Shown: piece by piece, positions 38,201-51,410 of the stretch
How positions within the stretch are numbered: the stretch's first letter is position 1
Layout: each line of letters begins with the position of its first letter
The notes under the pieces: generated by a model
What the model saw: only the letters and a program-made list of their open reading frames with translations
Database searches by the model: none
Told to the model about the DNA's origin: nothing
Made by a program: the position numbers and the translations under genes
NCBI GenBank assembly: GCA_951406725.2
Contig: OX597830.1
Span: forward strand, 52,452,001-52,516,000
DNA length: 64,000 bases
Direction: 5' to 3'
From: Octopus vulgaris
Taxonomy: Eukaryota

Positions 38201-38554
38201 ATGTCATGTACATGAATATTACAGTAGAAGAGACCTGAGAATATAGTGCACACAACACATTAGTGTTCGCAGTTTATTGGTAAGTAAACACTAATTAATC
38301 AATAGATGAGCTGAAATTGATGTCATTTAACATAGTGTAATGTATGTATTTATTGGTTTTGTTGGTGTTCCAGCCATGACCATCTCATCATTTATTTAGG
38401 TATAGCCTATCTAGGACTACACTGTCTAACATATCCTTCATCATTGTTGTTTAGCCTCATTGTTGGTGTTGTTATCTAATGCCAGGCCAGCATTGATCAT
38501 GCAGACCTTTAATCGAAAGTCTTTTTTTTTTATTCAGATATAGTTTATGTAAAA

Positions 38555-38925
38555 CTAGCAGTATCGCCCGGCGTTGCTCAGGTTTGTAAGGGAAATAACT
38601 ATAAAGCATTTTTAGAGAGTTATAGCCAAAAAATGGAAAAAAATTATGGTAAATTTTTTTTTGAGATTTAAAAAAGGTGGAGTTGCGTCCCCTAGACAGT
38701 TTGTGGTTCGTGTTTCTGATTCTCGACCCCATGTCGAATTTATCGATTTTCAGAACTGGGGGAACTTTTCAAAATTTTCACTGCGTTAGTTTTGAATAAT
38801 GACATTGGGCTATGTGTGTGTCAAGTTTCATCAGAATCGGTTGAAAGCCGTGGTCAGGGTGAGGGTACAAGCAAACAGACACACAGAAACACGCACAGAC
38901 AAACTGCCGTTTATATAGAGAGAGA
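38555..38925 (-). mobile_element. Non-autonomous Helitron with a different internal sequence
   Basis: Same CTAG/hairpin 3' end as 2819-3333; 5' end TCTCTCTCTATATAAACGG. Confidence 0.8.
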
Positions 38926-38989
38926 TTATACAACCCAAAGTATTTCCTATTAGACAACATGGATGAACCTCATTTCTAAACTCATCAAA

Positions 38990-39480
38990 AATGCCAAAGG
39001 TGTCTTAGCATCTCTGTCTTTTTAAAACTCTATATGGCTGTGATGCATCCACAGTTTGCATCTCAAATCTGAAATTCCCATATTGTCCAGAATATCAACT
39101 TGATGGAAGCTATCCTAAGACATGCAACCAGATGAATACTCTCTATCATTGACTTACCGTATCTTGAATATTTTGTGTCTCTGGGGACTGACATTCTAAA
39201 GTTCAATGTCTAGTAGCTGATTTGATAGAAGGTCACACAATTATCCACCATCTTTCCTGCTACTTTGGGTATATTTTAAAAATAAATACCCCTCTTAGTC
39301 ATAGAAATGCTTATAAAATCAAATAACACCACAGTACCCATGACTTTTGCAAACATTTTTCTTCATACTCAGTATTCTCAAAGCATGGAATAAACTATCT
39401 GCATAATTTGTTGGCTGTCAGGACACTTCATCCTTCAAAAATTCTATGTTTCCCTAAATTTGCCAACACTACTCCTGAAG
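38990..39480 (+). mobile_element. CR1/L2-group LINE 3' remnant
   Basis: Reads ..QNINLMEAILRHATR..LPYLE..ADLIE..HDFCKHF..AWNKL. Confidence 0.7.
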
Positions 39481-39639
39481 TGCCTAGGCACATCTCCTCT
39501 TTATGGTCCTTTTAATGTTCCCATTTCTGTTATTTTGTGTTTTATTCAGTGTACCGAGCGTGTACTTCTTGCTTTTGTTGCTGTCTTTCTTAACTGGACT
39601 TATATGTCCTCTCTTTTACCCTTTTCCGATAAGTTGTAG

Positions 39640-40395
39640 TATACCAGAGTACTATATATATATTTCTTTATTACCCACAAGGGGCTAAACATAGAGGGGA
39701 CAAACAAGGACAGACAAAGGGATTAAGTCAATTACATTGACCCCAGTGCGAAACTGGTACTTTATTTATCGACCCCAAAAGGATGAAAGGCAAAGTCAAC
39801 CTCGGCGGAATTTGAACTCAGAACATAACAACAGACGAAATACCGCTAAGCATTTCACCCGGTACGCTAACGTTTCTGCCAGCTCACCGCCTATACTATA
39901 CCAGAGAACTATATATATATTTCTTTACTGCCCACAAGGGGCTAAACATAGAGGGGACAAACAAGGACAGACAAAGGGATTAAGTCGATTACATCGACCC
40001 CAGTGCAAAACTGGTGCTTTATTTATCGACCCCGAAAGGATGAAAGGCAAAGTCAACCTCGGCAGAATTTGAACTCAGAACATAACAACAGACGAAATAC
40101 CGCTAAGCATTTCACCCGGTACGCTAACGTTTCTGCCAGCTCACCGCCTATACTATACCAGAGTACTATATATATATATTTCTTTACTGCCCACAAGGGG
40201 CTAAACATAGAGGGGACAAACAAGGACAGACAAAGGGATTAAGTCGATTACCAGTGCAAAACTGGTGCTTTATTTATCGACCCCGAAAGGATGAAAGGCA
40301 AAGTCAACCTCGGCGGAATTTGAACTCACAACGTAACGACAGACGAAATACCGGTAAGCATTTCGCCCGACACGCTAATGTTTCTGCCAGCTCGC
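39640..40395 (-). mobile_element. Head-to-tail trimer of SINE family A
   Basis: Three ~255-bp units, each preceded by tataccagag(t/a)actatatatat. Confidence 0.92.
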
Positions 40396-40959
40396 TATAT
40401 ATAATAAGCTCACTATTATTATATTGACCAGAATCCACATGGCTGTCACATGTACAGATCTAACAGTACCAACATGTCCACACACCAGATACTGCTGTAG
40501 TTGATTAATTTTTGGCCTGTTCTTACAGAGCAGAGCTACGGTAGAAACAGTTCTAGCCATGAACACCACCACCACCATGTTTACATATGAGGGACTACAT
40601 TGTTGCTGTTGTATCATTTATTTCTTTATTAATTTTTTTTTTTTTTTTTTTTTTGCAAGATGGTGTGATATGACCTTAAGGGATATATGGCTATTTGTTC
40701 CAGCCGGTTGAGCTGCAGTACCAATGTGTCTGTTTATGAATGAAGACCTCAATGTAATCCAGTCTACCATTATTTCTAGATTCTTCTAAAACTTTGATGT
40801 CCTTTGATCAAACCATTTATCTCTAAGATAGTGTTACAATGTGGAACCTCTTGGGAACAAAATCTAGACCAGACACACAGACAGACAAGCAGACAGATAA
40901 ACTGAGACAGATATTTCTTTGTTGTTACTGTTGTTGATGTTGCTGTTATGCCAATAAAC

Positions 40960-41409
40960 TGGCATACACATACATAATTATATTCATACATAACTACATG
41001 CATACATACATATATATTTGCATACATGTACACATGCACATAATCTATCCATTGCATGTATACATGCATGCACACTTATCATGTACACATACACACACAC
41101 ACACACACACATGCATTGTATGTATGTGTGTATGCATGTATTATATATGCGTGTGTGTATTTTATATATTATACACACATGTCTATAGTTATATTATTTA
41201 TACAATACAGTTTTCATGCCAATCATAAGAGAAATGTCTGTTTTGTCTGTGAATCTATCGATTTAACGCTGTCTCTTAAATAATATATTGAATTATTATC
41301 ATATACACACGCACTACACACACAGGCAGGCATGAACACAAACATTCATACATGCAGACACATATACACATGTACACATGTGTGTGTGTGTGTGTATATA
41401 TATATACAT

Positions 41410-41458
<49 letters not shown>

Positions 41459-41556
41459 CACATGCTAATGCATACATACACATATACCTGCTTATACACT
41501 CACATACATTCAAGCATGCATACACACGCGCACACACACACACACACACACACACA
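40960..41556. repeat. Compound CA/TA/TG microsatellite region
   Basis: Direct observation. Confidence 0.9.
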
Positions 41557-41569
41557 TGAGAGAATGCCC

Positions 41570-42220
41570 TAGCCTCTTCCCAAGAGTCACATTGTGGTAG
41601 CTAGAACATTCTAGAATAGAGCGAGAAAGAATATATATATACAACCAATAAAGCGAAGCATATTGAGATTGCTGGATCAAAAGAACACTGGTGGAACCTT
41701 AGAAAACACCAGTGACCAAATTTAAGCACAACAGCTCTGATATTGTTATCTGGGATGTTGAATTAAAAGCTTGTTTTAGCTGTCAGCAACCCACTTGACA
41801 TTAATGTGAGAGGAATATTGAATGAGAAAGAAGACATTTATGGGCCTTTGATGAGGAATTTGTCAGTCCAGTACCAAAAATCCACTTTCAGCTTTATAGC
41901 CATTATTATTAGAGCTGCATAGATGGTGGACTGGCAGAATTATTAAGTTTCCAGAAAAACTGCCATGCAGTATTTCTTCTGACCCTTTATGTTCTGAGTA
42001 CAAATCTTGATAAGATCAGTTTTGTCTCTCGTCTCAAGCCTTGTGCCTTGATTAGAACACATTATTATTGTAGCAACATCAGTCAATGACCAACTCATTT
42101 GGATTAAGGTATGGATGAACTTGGATTCTTGGAGAAAGAACACTGTTGCATACTTTATATGCTACAGATGATCGTGATATCTGGGAAAAATAAAAAACTT
42201 TAAGATGTTCTTAAAATTTA
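41570..42220 (+). pseudogene. Restriction-like-endonuclease non-LTR retrotransposon (R4/NeSL/HERO-type) C-terminal remnant
   Basis: Reads KEHWWNL / TKFKHNSSDIVIWD..KAC / VSNPLDINV..NEKEDIYGPLMRNL..FIAIII, a decayed RPD..E..K..Y RLE signature; interrupted by a family A SINE (~41922-42060). Confidence 0.7.
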
Positions 42221-43069
42221 AAGAGTGGATGTTTATGCAAAGATTGATGAAGAGAACAAAACTTCCTTCATTTCTTAAAAGAAAAAATGTTTTTTGTTTT
42301 TTTTTTTGCAGCTGTAACTTGTGAAAATTAGAAAGAGAATAAATACATATATATATATATTTACATCTATCTATCAATATATGTATCTGTCGAGTAAATT
42401 ATGAACCAAAGAAAAAAGTTGGGTATGAAATGATAGTAGAAAGTCAGTGCATTCTGGTGTTAAGGAAAGAATTGATATTGATGTTTTGGACAGTTGGTCC
42501 TTTGTCAAGTTAAGATGACAAGAAAGGAGGGTAAAACATTATATAGAAAGAAATGAATGTGTGTTTATGGAAGAAGCAGCTGTGCAGCTAATTGCAGAAA
42601 GAAAGTAGGTGAGAGCAAGTATCCTCTGTCAGAGGAGAATGAAGAGGCGGGTTAATGTTGGACATTTATTGAAGGATCTGTGTATGAGAGAGATAGTAGT
42701 GAGTGTGTGTTTGTATATGTATGTATATCTGTTTGTGTGTGTGTGTGTGAGAGAGGTGTGTCAATATGTGCATATGTATAAGCAACCGGCATTTGTAAGC
42801 AAGAGTGGTGGAGGTGACGGGACTGATAATAACATGTTAGCACAATTACAATTAAATGTAATATTGACTGGACAGAATGTTGAGATATTGACATAAAATT
42901 ACATATAATGAGTTGAAGGAGATATTGGTGTTATGAGCTGTAAGATCAAATAAGATGGGGAAAACATAAGTGTAAACGAGACTTATATACACAGGAGTAC
43001 ATTAATCCATATATACATAGAGAAATGGACACACACACACACACACCTATGCACAACAGACCAGGCATA

Positions 43070-43535
43070 ATCATCATCATCATCATCATTTAACGCCCGC
43101 TTTCCATGCTAGCATGGGTTGGACGATTTGACTGAGGTCTGGCGAACCAGACTCCAATCTGATCTGGCAGACTTTCTACAGCTGAATGTCCTTCCTAACA
43201 TCAACCACTCCGAGAGTATAGTGGGTGCTTTTACATGCCACTGGGACGAGGGCCAGTTTGGTGGTACTGGCAACAGCCACACCCAAATGGTGCTTTTTAC
43301 GTGCCACCTGCACAGGAGCCAGTCCAACGGCACTGGCGACAACCTTGCTCGAATGTTTCATGTGCCACCAGCACAAGTGCTACTAAGGTGACGCGGTAAC
43401 GATCACGCTCGAATGGTGTGCTTAAACGTGCCATCGGCACGAAGGCCGGCCTGTTGCTCTGGCAACGATCTCACTCGTATGGTACTCTTAGCGCTCCACT
43501 AGCAATGGATGCCAGTCACTGAGTTTGATCATGAT
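43070..43535 (-). mobile_element. RTE-family 3' UTR fragment
   Basis: (CAT)n followed by ttaacgcccgctttccatgctagc. Confidence 0.85.
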
Positions 43536-43732
43536 CTGAAAACTAAAGAAGGAATGTTGAATTTTAGTTTTCCAGCTAATGTTTACATAACGGGGAAAAA
43601 AAGTGACATCTATAGTGAATTAATAAGATATATGTAGATTTGGACAATAACTTTGAATTTGTACCAGTAATTATTAAGGTGCTTGGTTGTGTAACTGTCA
43701 GAGCATCAGTTGTAAAGCCAGAAAGGACACAA

Positions 43733-43915
43733 TCATCATCATCATCATCATCATCATCGTTTAGCGTCCGCTTTCCATGCTAGCATGGATTGGACAGTTC
43801 AACTGGGGTCTGGGAAGTCAGAAGGCTGCACCAGGCCCAGTCTGATCTGGCAATGTTTCTACAGCTGGATGCCCTTCCTAATGCCAACCACTCCGTGAGT
43901 GTAGTGGGTGCTTTT
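43733..43915 (-). mobile_element. RTE-family 3' UTR fragment
   Basis: Same terminal ~180 bp. Confidence 0.85.
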
Positions 43916-44183
43916 TAAAATTATAATTACAAGCCACTAACAGAACTGTGAAAATATGTAAAGCATAAGTGTAACCTGTTGAATGTACACCTGCAGTTGT
44001 ATACAGACATGTGTGTGTGTATAGATATGTAAGTTGACATGCACAGGCATACAAACATACATATATGCATACAGGAATGGCACCTGGCTGTAGAAAATCT
44101 GCCTCAATAACCTCTGTTCAACCCATGCAGTCATGGAAAAGTGCACATTAAAATTATGATGGAAAATGATGATAACACATATA

Positions 44184-44375
44184 TATTTCTTTACTACCCA
44201 CAAGGGGCTAAACATAGAGGGGACAAACAAGGACAGACAAAGGGATTAAGTCGATTACATCGACCCCAGTGCGTAACTGGTACTTAATTTATCGACCCCG
44301 AAAGGATGAAAGGCAAAGTCGACCTCGGCAGAATTTGAACCCAGAACGTAACGGCAGATGAAATACGGCTATGCA
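44184..44375 (-). mobile_element. SINE family A
   Basis: Conserved copy; flanked by ataacacatata-like duplication. Confidence 0.88.
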
Positions 44376-44601
44376 TATATAACACATATAAATACTTAAG
44401 TATACATGCATTTATACACTTGTACATAGAGAAAAAAACCTGGAAAATATGTGTGTGTGTGTGTGTGTGTGTTTATAAAAGTGGTTGCTTGGCAATTAAT
44501 GTTAGAAAATAAGTAGGTGAAGTCTAAATGATTTGCTGCAGAGGAGCATGTACACAATGGCTGGCTAATGTCAGATATTTGAAAAGAGTAACATCCTACA
44601 A

Positions 44602-44985
44602 GGAAGCACTCCGTCGGTTACGACGACGAGGGTTCCAGTTGATCCGAATCAACGGAACAGCCTGCTCGTGAAATTAACGTGTAAGTGGCTGAGCACTCCA
44701 CAGACATGTGTACCCTTAACGTAGTTCTCGGGGATATTCAGCGTGACACAGAGAGTGACAAGGCTGGCCCTTTGAAATACAGGTACAACAGAAACAGGAA
44801 GCAAGAGTGAGAGAAAGTTGTGGTGAAAGAGTACAGCAGGGATCACCACCATCCCCTGCCGGAGCCTTGTGGAGCTTTAGGTGTTTTCGCTCAATAAACA
44901 CTCACAACGCCCGGTCTGGGAATCGAAACCGCGATCCTATGACCGCGAGTCCGCTGCCCTAACCACTGGGCCATTGCGCCTCCAC
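44602..44985 (-). mobile_element. SINE family C with TSD
   Basis: TSD aacatcctacaa at 44590-44601 and 44986-44997. Confidence 0.93.
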
Positions 44986-45804
44986 AACATCCTACAAGTA
45001 GGGAACTCTTTAGAAAGTACTCACTTACTGATGACCTCCCACACAAACTCTAGAATTACAAGACTAGCATATCTTATCCAAAAAGCATGGAAGAGAAACA
45101 TACTGTATATTACAAAAATGCTATACATGGGTATGCTTAAAATATATTTGAAGATGGCAATAATATTAACACTGACTTGTAACCATTATATCAAATCTCG
45201 AAAATTATGCTTTTGCAATTCAAGTGCAGGGAGTAGCTATAAAATATCTAATAAGCAAAAGTGACAGTGAAGCCTTTAAACTCCTAAGACCCTACTCAAA
45301 ATGTTGATTGTGTCATACTTCTATGGAAGATATCACACGTGATCAGCAGGTACTCGAAAGTGTCATTAAGATACTACCTTCAATATATGTATTGAACATG
45401 ATGTTGGTGCACAAGTATCTGTGGAATACTCAACTACTTGTATACTTATTTAATGAGCAGATAGGTTAATTGAACGACTGAATTTACATCATTTATACTG
45501 TCAACAAAAGCAGTATAAATATTGTGGGAACATGAATAATCACCATTTTGCTTTTTCCTTTTAAAATCATGATGCCTACTTCATTGGAAATTTTACAAAC
45601 CCTCGGATGACAATTTTCCTAGGTCAAAGTATACTTTTCTGCATTGTGATTGTCTTTGTGGAACATTGTCCTGATACAGAGTAATCATCTTTGGATTATC
45701 TTCCCAATTTGAAATTTGGGTACCACTAGTGATATTGTACATGTATCAATGAATCCTTGCCATTGGTCAGTTCACAACATAAGCAAAGTTTTTTGTAAAA
45801 TTTA

Positions 45805-46046
45805 TTGTGGACCATATGGCTCTGGGTTCAGTCCCACTGCATGGCACCTTGAGCAAGTGTCTTCGACACTATAGCCCCAGGTTCACCAAAGCCTTGTGAA
45901 TGGATTTGGTAGACGGGAGCTGAAAGAAGTCTGTTGTGTATGTATGTATGTATGTGTGTGTGTATATATATATGTGTGTGTGTGTGTATATATATATATA
46001 TGTGTGTGTGTATATATATATATGTGTGTGTGTATATATATATATA

Positions 46047-46077
<31 letters not shown>

Positions 46078-46320
46078 GTATGTATGTCTCATTGTGAATG
46101 TGTTAGTCTCCCACCACCACTTGACAACTGGTGTTGGTGTGTTTAAATCCCCATAACTTAGCAGTTCAACAAAAAAGACTGATAGAATAAGTATCAGACT
46201 TTACAAAAAATAATAAGTACTGGGGGTCGATTCGCTTAACTAAAATTCTTCAAGGCAGTGCCCCAGCATGGCTACAGCCTAATGACTAAAACAAGAAAAA
46301 CGCAAAAAGATAAAAGGTAA
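45805..46320 (+). mobile_element. SINE family B
   Basis: CORE-like block, expanded TA/TG interior, tail. Confidence 0.85.
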
Positions 46321-46633
46321 CAGAATTTTACACAGAAGTGTTGTTCTTCCAAAATCTCCATTGTTTAATTTACAACAAATCGTTAAGTGCATTAAAAAAA
46401 TACGTTAACACTAGCATCGATATCTGACTGACTTAGCTTGATGTGGCTATTGTTAGCCTAAAGATCAAGTTCACTCCTTTATAGCAGTGCAGTTGTGAGT
46501 ATGCTGTGTCAGCTGGTTGGTGCATGGTTTCCTCATGGACAGACATCATACAATGTAAGCAAAAAACCTAGTGCTGTACATTGTGGTATATAAAGACATT
46601 GAAATCAAACAACTTTTTACACACCAGTGACTT

Positions 46634-46698
46634 ATATATATATATATATATATATGTGTATATATATATATGTGTATATATATATGTGTGTATATATA

Positions 46699-46771
<73 letters not shown>

Positions 46772-47420
46772 GTGTGTATATATATATATGTGTGTATATA
46801 TATATATGTGTGTATATATATATGTGTGTATATATATATGTGTATATATATATGTGTATATATATATATGTGTATATATATATATGTGTATATATATATA
46901 TGTGTATATATATATATATGTGTATATATATATGTATATATATATATATGTGTATATATATGTGTATATATATGTGTATATATATGTGTATATATATATA
47001 TGTGTATATATATATATATGTGTATATATATATATATGTGTATATATATATGTGTATATATATATATATATGTGTATATATATATATATATGTGTATATA
47101 TATATATATGTGTATATATATATATGTGTGTGTATATATATATATGTGTATATATATATGTGAATATATATATGTGTATATATATATGTGTATATATATA
47201 TATATGTGTATATATATATGTGTATATATATATATGTGTGTATATATATATGTGTATATATATATATGTGTATATATATATGTGTATGTATATATATGTG
47301 TGTATATATATGTGTGTATATATATATATGTGTATATATATATATATGTGTATATATATATATGTGTATATATATATATATATGTGTATATATATATGTA
47401 CATACGTGTGTTATATATAC
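46634..47420. repeat. ~790-bp (TA)n(TG)n compound microsatellite
   Basis: Almost uninterrupted alternating pyrimidine-purine run; source of the 327/312-aa YI ORFs. Confidence 0.97.
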
Positions 47421-47426
47421 TCATAT

Positions 47427-47729
47427 GGAGGCGCAATGGCCCAGTGGTTAGGGCAACGGACTCGCAGTCGTAGGATCGCGGTTTCGATTCCCAGACCGGG
47501 CGTTGTGTGTGTTTATTGAGTGAAAACACCTAAAAGCTCCACGACGCTCCGGCAGGGGGTGGTGATCCCTGCTGTACTCTTTCACCACTCTTTCTCTCAC
47601 TCTTTCGTCTGTTGGCCTGCTCGCTTAGCCAGCGGGGTGGCGTCATCCGAAGGCTAAAACAATGCGAACGCATTGTGACCAGCGATGTGTAACAACATCT
47701 GATGATCTGGTCAGTCACGTGATCACGTG
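47427..47729 (+). mobile_element. SINE family C, alternative-tail subfamily, with TSD
   Basis: TSD atatactcatat at 47415-47426 and 47730-47741. Confidence 0.9.
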
Positions 47730-48737
47730 ATATACTCATATATATATATTCACACACACACACATATATATAAGGAGCCAGCTATTTTGTTATTTAACTA
47801 TGTCTGATCGTTTATCAGTCTATCTATTTGTTTATATATAACCTCTACCCGGATGTAGATCTACCCAGTAGATAAACGACAAGTTATTACTCCAAATCTA
47901 CATGTCTTAGGTAGTTATGTGAGTGAGTGTGTATGTGTATGGATGTATGTGAATGAACATTCACATGCATACATACACACACAGATATACACATACATAT
48001 ATACATGTACATCATGTGTATATATATATATATGTTTATATATATATATGTGTGTGTTTATATATATATATATACGTGTGTGTGTGTGTATTATATATAT
48101 ATATATATATATATATAAGCAGAGGGGGAGAGAGCAGTATAGGAAGAACGAAACAAGGAAAAAGCAATGATCTATTGAGGTGTGCCTCCATAATATCATT
48201 CAATCTGAGAAAGAGCAGTCAAATTTCCTTCAAACACACCTTTTTGTAAGAAAAGAAAGGCTATTTTATGTAATGTAATTCCAATCAGACTACGCTTGAA
48301 ATAAGATGGGATTATCATAGTTGGAATGCTTTTGATTAGCCTTCTCAATCAAGGCTGTCTTGAGGGTGAAATAACAGAGAGAGGGGTTGGGGGGGGGGGG
48401 GGTAAAGAGATTTTGTGATTGGAATGAAACCACAGTCTTTCAGTTGCTCAACCTGAAATTGTTTCATAACAGGACTAAAAACATGTTGTTATAATTATCA
48501 TTATCATACACAATTAATGAATAAATTAATTAATGATAATGCACTAAGGAAGAGTCTCTTAACCCTTTTTCAGTATTCCTCTGCTACCTCCCCCATCTTT
48601 ACCAGCTCACCCTTTAATTTCCCACCACCACCATTCTGTGATAGGCTAAAAAACATAACTCTGTATAAATAATGTCTTATTATATTAACTGCTTTATATT
48701 TATTTAACAGTGAAACAAAACATACTGTCAACACATC

Positions 48738-49075
48738 TCATCATCATCATCGTTTAACGTCCGCTTTCCATGCTAGCATGGGTTGGACGATTTTGACTGA
48801 GGGCTGGCGAACCAGATGGCTGCGCCAGGCTTCAATCTTGATCTGGCAGAGTTTCTACAGCTGGATGCCCTTCCTAACGCCAACCACTCCGAGAGTGTAG
48901 TGGGTGCTTTTACGTGCCACCGGCACGAGGGCCAGTCAGGCGGCACTGGCAACGACCTCGCTCGAATCTTTCACACATGCCACCGGCACAGGTGCCAGTA
49001 AGGCGATGCTGGTAACGATCACGCTCAAATGGTGTCTTTTACTTGCCACCGGTACGGAGGCCAGATAGCCGCAGT
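48738..49075 (-). mobile_element. RTE-family 3' UTR fragment
   Basis: Conserved terminus and subrepeats. Confidence 0.85.
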
Positions 49076-50149
49076 TTATTAATCAAACTGTCTGCCAGGA
49101 ATACCAAGATGTATACAAATTTGATTTGCTTAAGTAAAAGTGAGTTTAAAAGGAGTATGTTGAATTAAGCCAGGGGAAAGGTTACTCAGTTACTGATGAG
49201 ATCCCAACACAATTTCTATGACTAGATGCCCTTCTACAGCTGGAGGCCAATCACTCCAAGAGTGTAGTGGGTGCTTTTTGTGTGCCACCAGCAAGGGTGC
49301 CAGTCACACAGTACCGGCATTGATCATGACTATGATCTCACTTGGCTTGACAGGTCTTCTCAAGCATGGTACATTACCAACGAATACCCCATCCTCAGCT
49401 ATCTGGTCAACTCCTTTCATGGTTTTAACACCAAAAGAAGTCCTACTCCAACCAATAGTGTCGACTGCACAAAAAGACAAAAAATAAAACAATTTTAATG
49501 CTGCTCAGGAGCATAGAAACAGAACTCATGTAAGACAAAACAATAATAAAAAGTTAAAAAAACACCAACCGTCCAACCCGTGCTAGCACGGAAAACGGAC
49601 GTTAAACGATGATGATGATGATGATAAAACTGAATATATAATATAATCATATTTTATATATTCAAAATTCAGCACACCTTGGTGAAAACTTTATACCTCT
49701 GGAATCCACAGTGTGAGAGAGTTATTCTAGCAACCAAAGCTTGAAAGAAAGAAAATAAGTAACAATGGGCTTCTGTACAGTTTCCATCGACCACATTTCA
49801 TTTAGAAGGCATTAGTCAACCGAAAGATAGAGCAGACATCTAAGGTGTCATTCATTGGGATCAAGCTCCAAATCTTATGGTTGTTAAGCAAACATTTTAA
49901 CCGCACAGCCATGCCTGAGCCTTATCTGCACAGGTATGCTAGGAGCTGTTACAATAAAGTAGAATAATGTGGAAGACGGTGATGATGGTGGGGGAATTTG
50001 TAAGGGTTGTGAAGGCTAACACCCAGACTAGTCTACCTTCCACCCATCACATAGGTCAGCTCAGGCAGTGATAAATGAGGGGACTTCACAGCAAGACACT
50101 TTTAACAGCACATAAAAAGCTCCTCTTCCCACTTCTCCCTCTCGCTCTT

Positions 50150-50186
<37 letters not shown>

Positions 50187-50291
50187 CTACTCTCTCTCTC
50201 TCTCTACCAATTATAGCCATATATAACTTACAGCTTTGAACTGGAATTGAGTGTTAAGTGTGTGTGTGTGTGTGTGTGTGTGTGTCTCTGT

Positions 50292-50322
<31 letters not shown>

Positions 50323-50691
50323 ACTGTACAGAAAACTAATGCTTTTGGATTTAATCCTTGTTTTGCTGAAGATTTTTCCTATTACCTTCTTAGTTCTTTC
50401 AATTCAGTCTGAAACATTTAATGTTCCATAGTCCATTAACATCTTAAGATCTTCTCCACATCATCATCTTCTAATGAAACGATAATTGTTACATGTCATT
50501 GCCCAGCAAAGGACCATCAAAATAATACCATCACTAGTAAAATTGTCATCAGTGACTTTTAAATCATTCAACAGTTAACTCCTGGTTAATTTCATACTTT
50601 ATTTCACTCCATCTGTGTCCGTTACTGATTTGTATTTCGATATTGATAAAGCTGTCATTGATACTCTTCTAGATTTTTGGCAGATTCTTCT

Positions 50692-51030
50692 ATCATCATC
50701 ATCATCATCATCATCGTTTAATGTCCGCTTTCCATGCTAGCATGGGTTGGACGGTTCAACTGGGGTCTGGCAAGCCCGAAGGCTGCACCAGGCCAGTCAG
50801 ATCTGGCAGTGTTTCTACAGCTGGATGCCCTTCCTAACGCCAACCACTCCGAGAGTGTAGTGGGTGATTTTATGTGCCACCGACACAGGTGCCAGACGAG
50901 GCTGGCAGACGGCCACGTTCGGATGGTGTTTTTTATGTGCCACCGACACAGGTGCCAGACGGCCACGCTCGGATGGTGTTTTCTTATGTGTCACCGACAC
51001 AGGTGCCAGACGAGGCTGGCGGATGGCCAT
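50692..51030 (-). mobile_element. RTE-family 3' UTR fragment
   Basis: Three tgccaccgacacaggtgccagacg subrepeats. Confidence 0.85.
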
Positions 51031-51034
51031 ATTT

Positions 51035-51410
51035 TGCCTTTTACTTGTTTCAGTCATTGGACTGAGGCCATACATACGAGGGCTATACGTACATTGGAAA
51101 GTTTAGTCTGGTACTTATTCTGTCAGTCTCTTTCTCCAAACTGCTAAGTCACAGGGTCATACACAAACCAGTGTCCAGTGTCAGATGTTAAATGATGGGG
51201 AAACAAACACAGACACACAAATAAACACACACACACACACACACACACTCGACACACTTCCATACAGTTTCCATTTGCGAAATTCATTCACAAAGCATTG
51301 GTTGGCCAAGGGCTATAGTAGAAGACACTTCCTCAAGGTCCCTGCACAATGGGACTGAACCTGAAATCATGTGGCTTCAAAACCAACTTCTTAACCACAT
51401 AGCTATGCTG
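51035..51410 (-). mobile_element. SINE family B
   Basis: Reverse-complement tail and head. Confidence 0.75.

Noticed and set aside
40770-40862. Minus-strand exon-like stretch after a pyrimidine tract
   Set aside because: All three frames stop and nothing is recognisable.
46546-47529. 327-aa and 312-aa ORFs, the longest in the window
   Set aside because: Pure translations of the TA/TG microsatellite.
49194-49230. Other CTGATGA hits (49194, 45028, 32829, 47699)
   Set aside because: No stem II plus GAAA plus stem I geometry.
50340-50690. Possible pogo/Tigger C-terminal remnant on the minus strand
   Set aside because: Only vague acidic stretches; no diagnostic motif.
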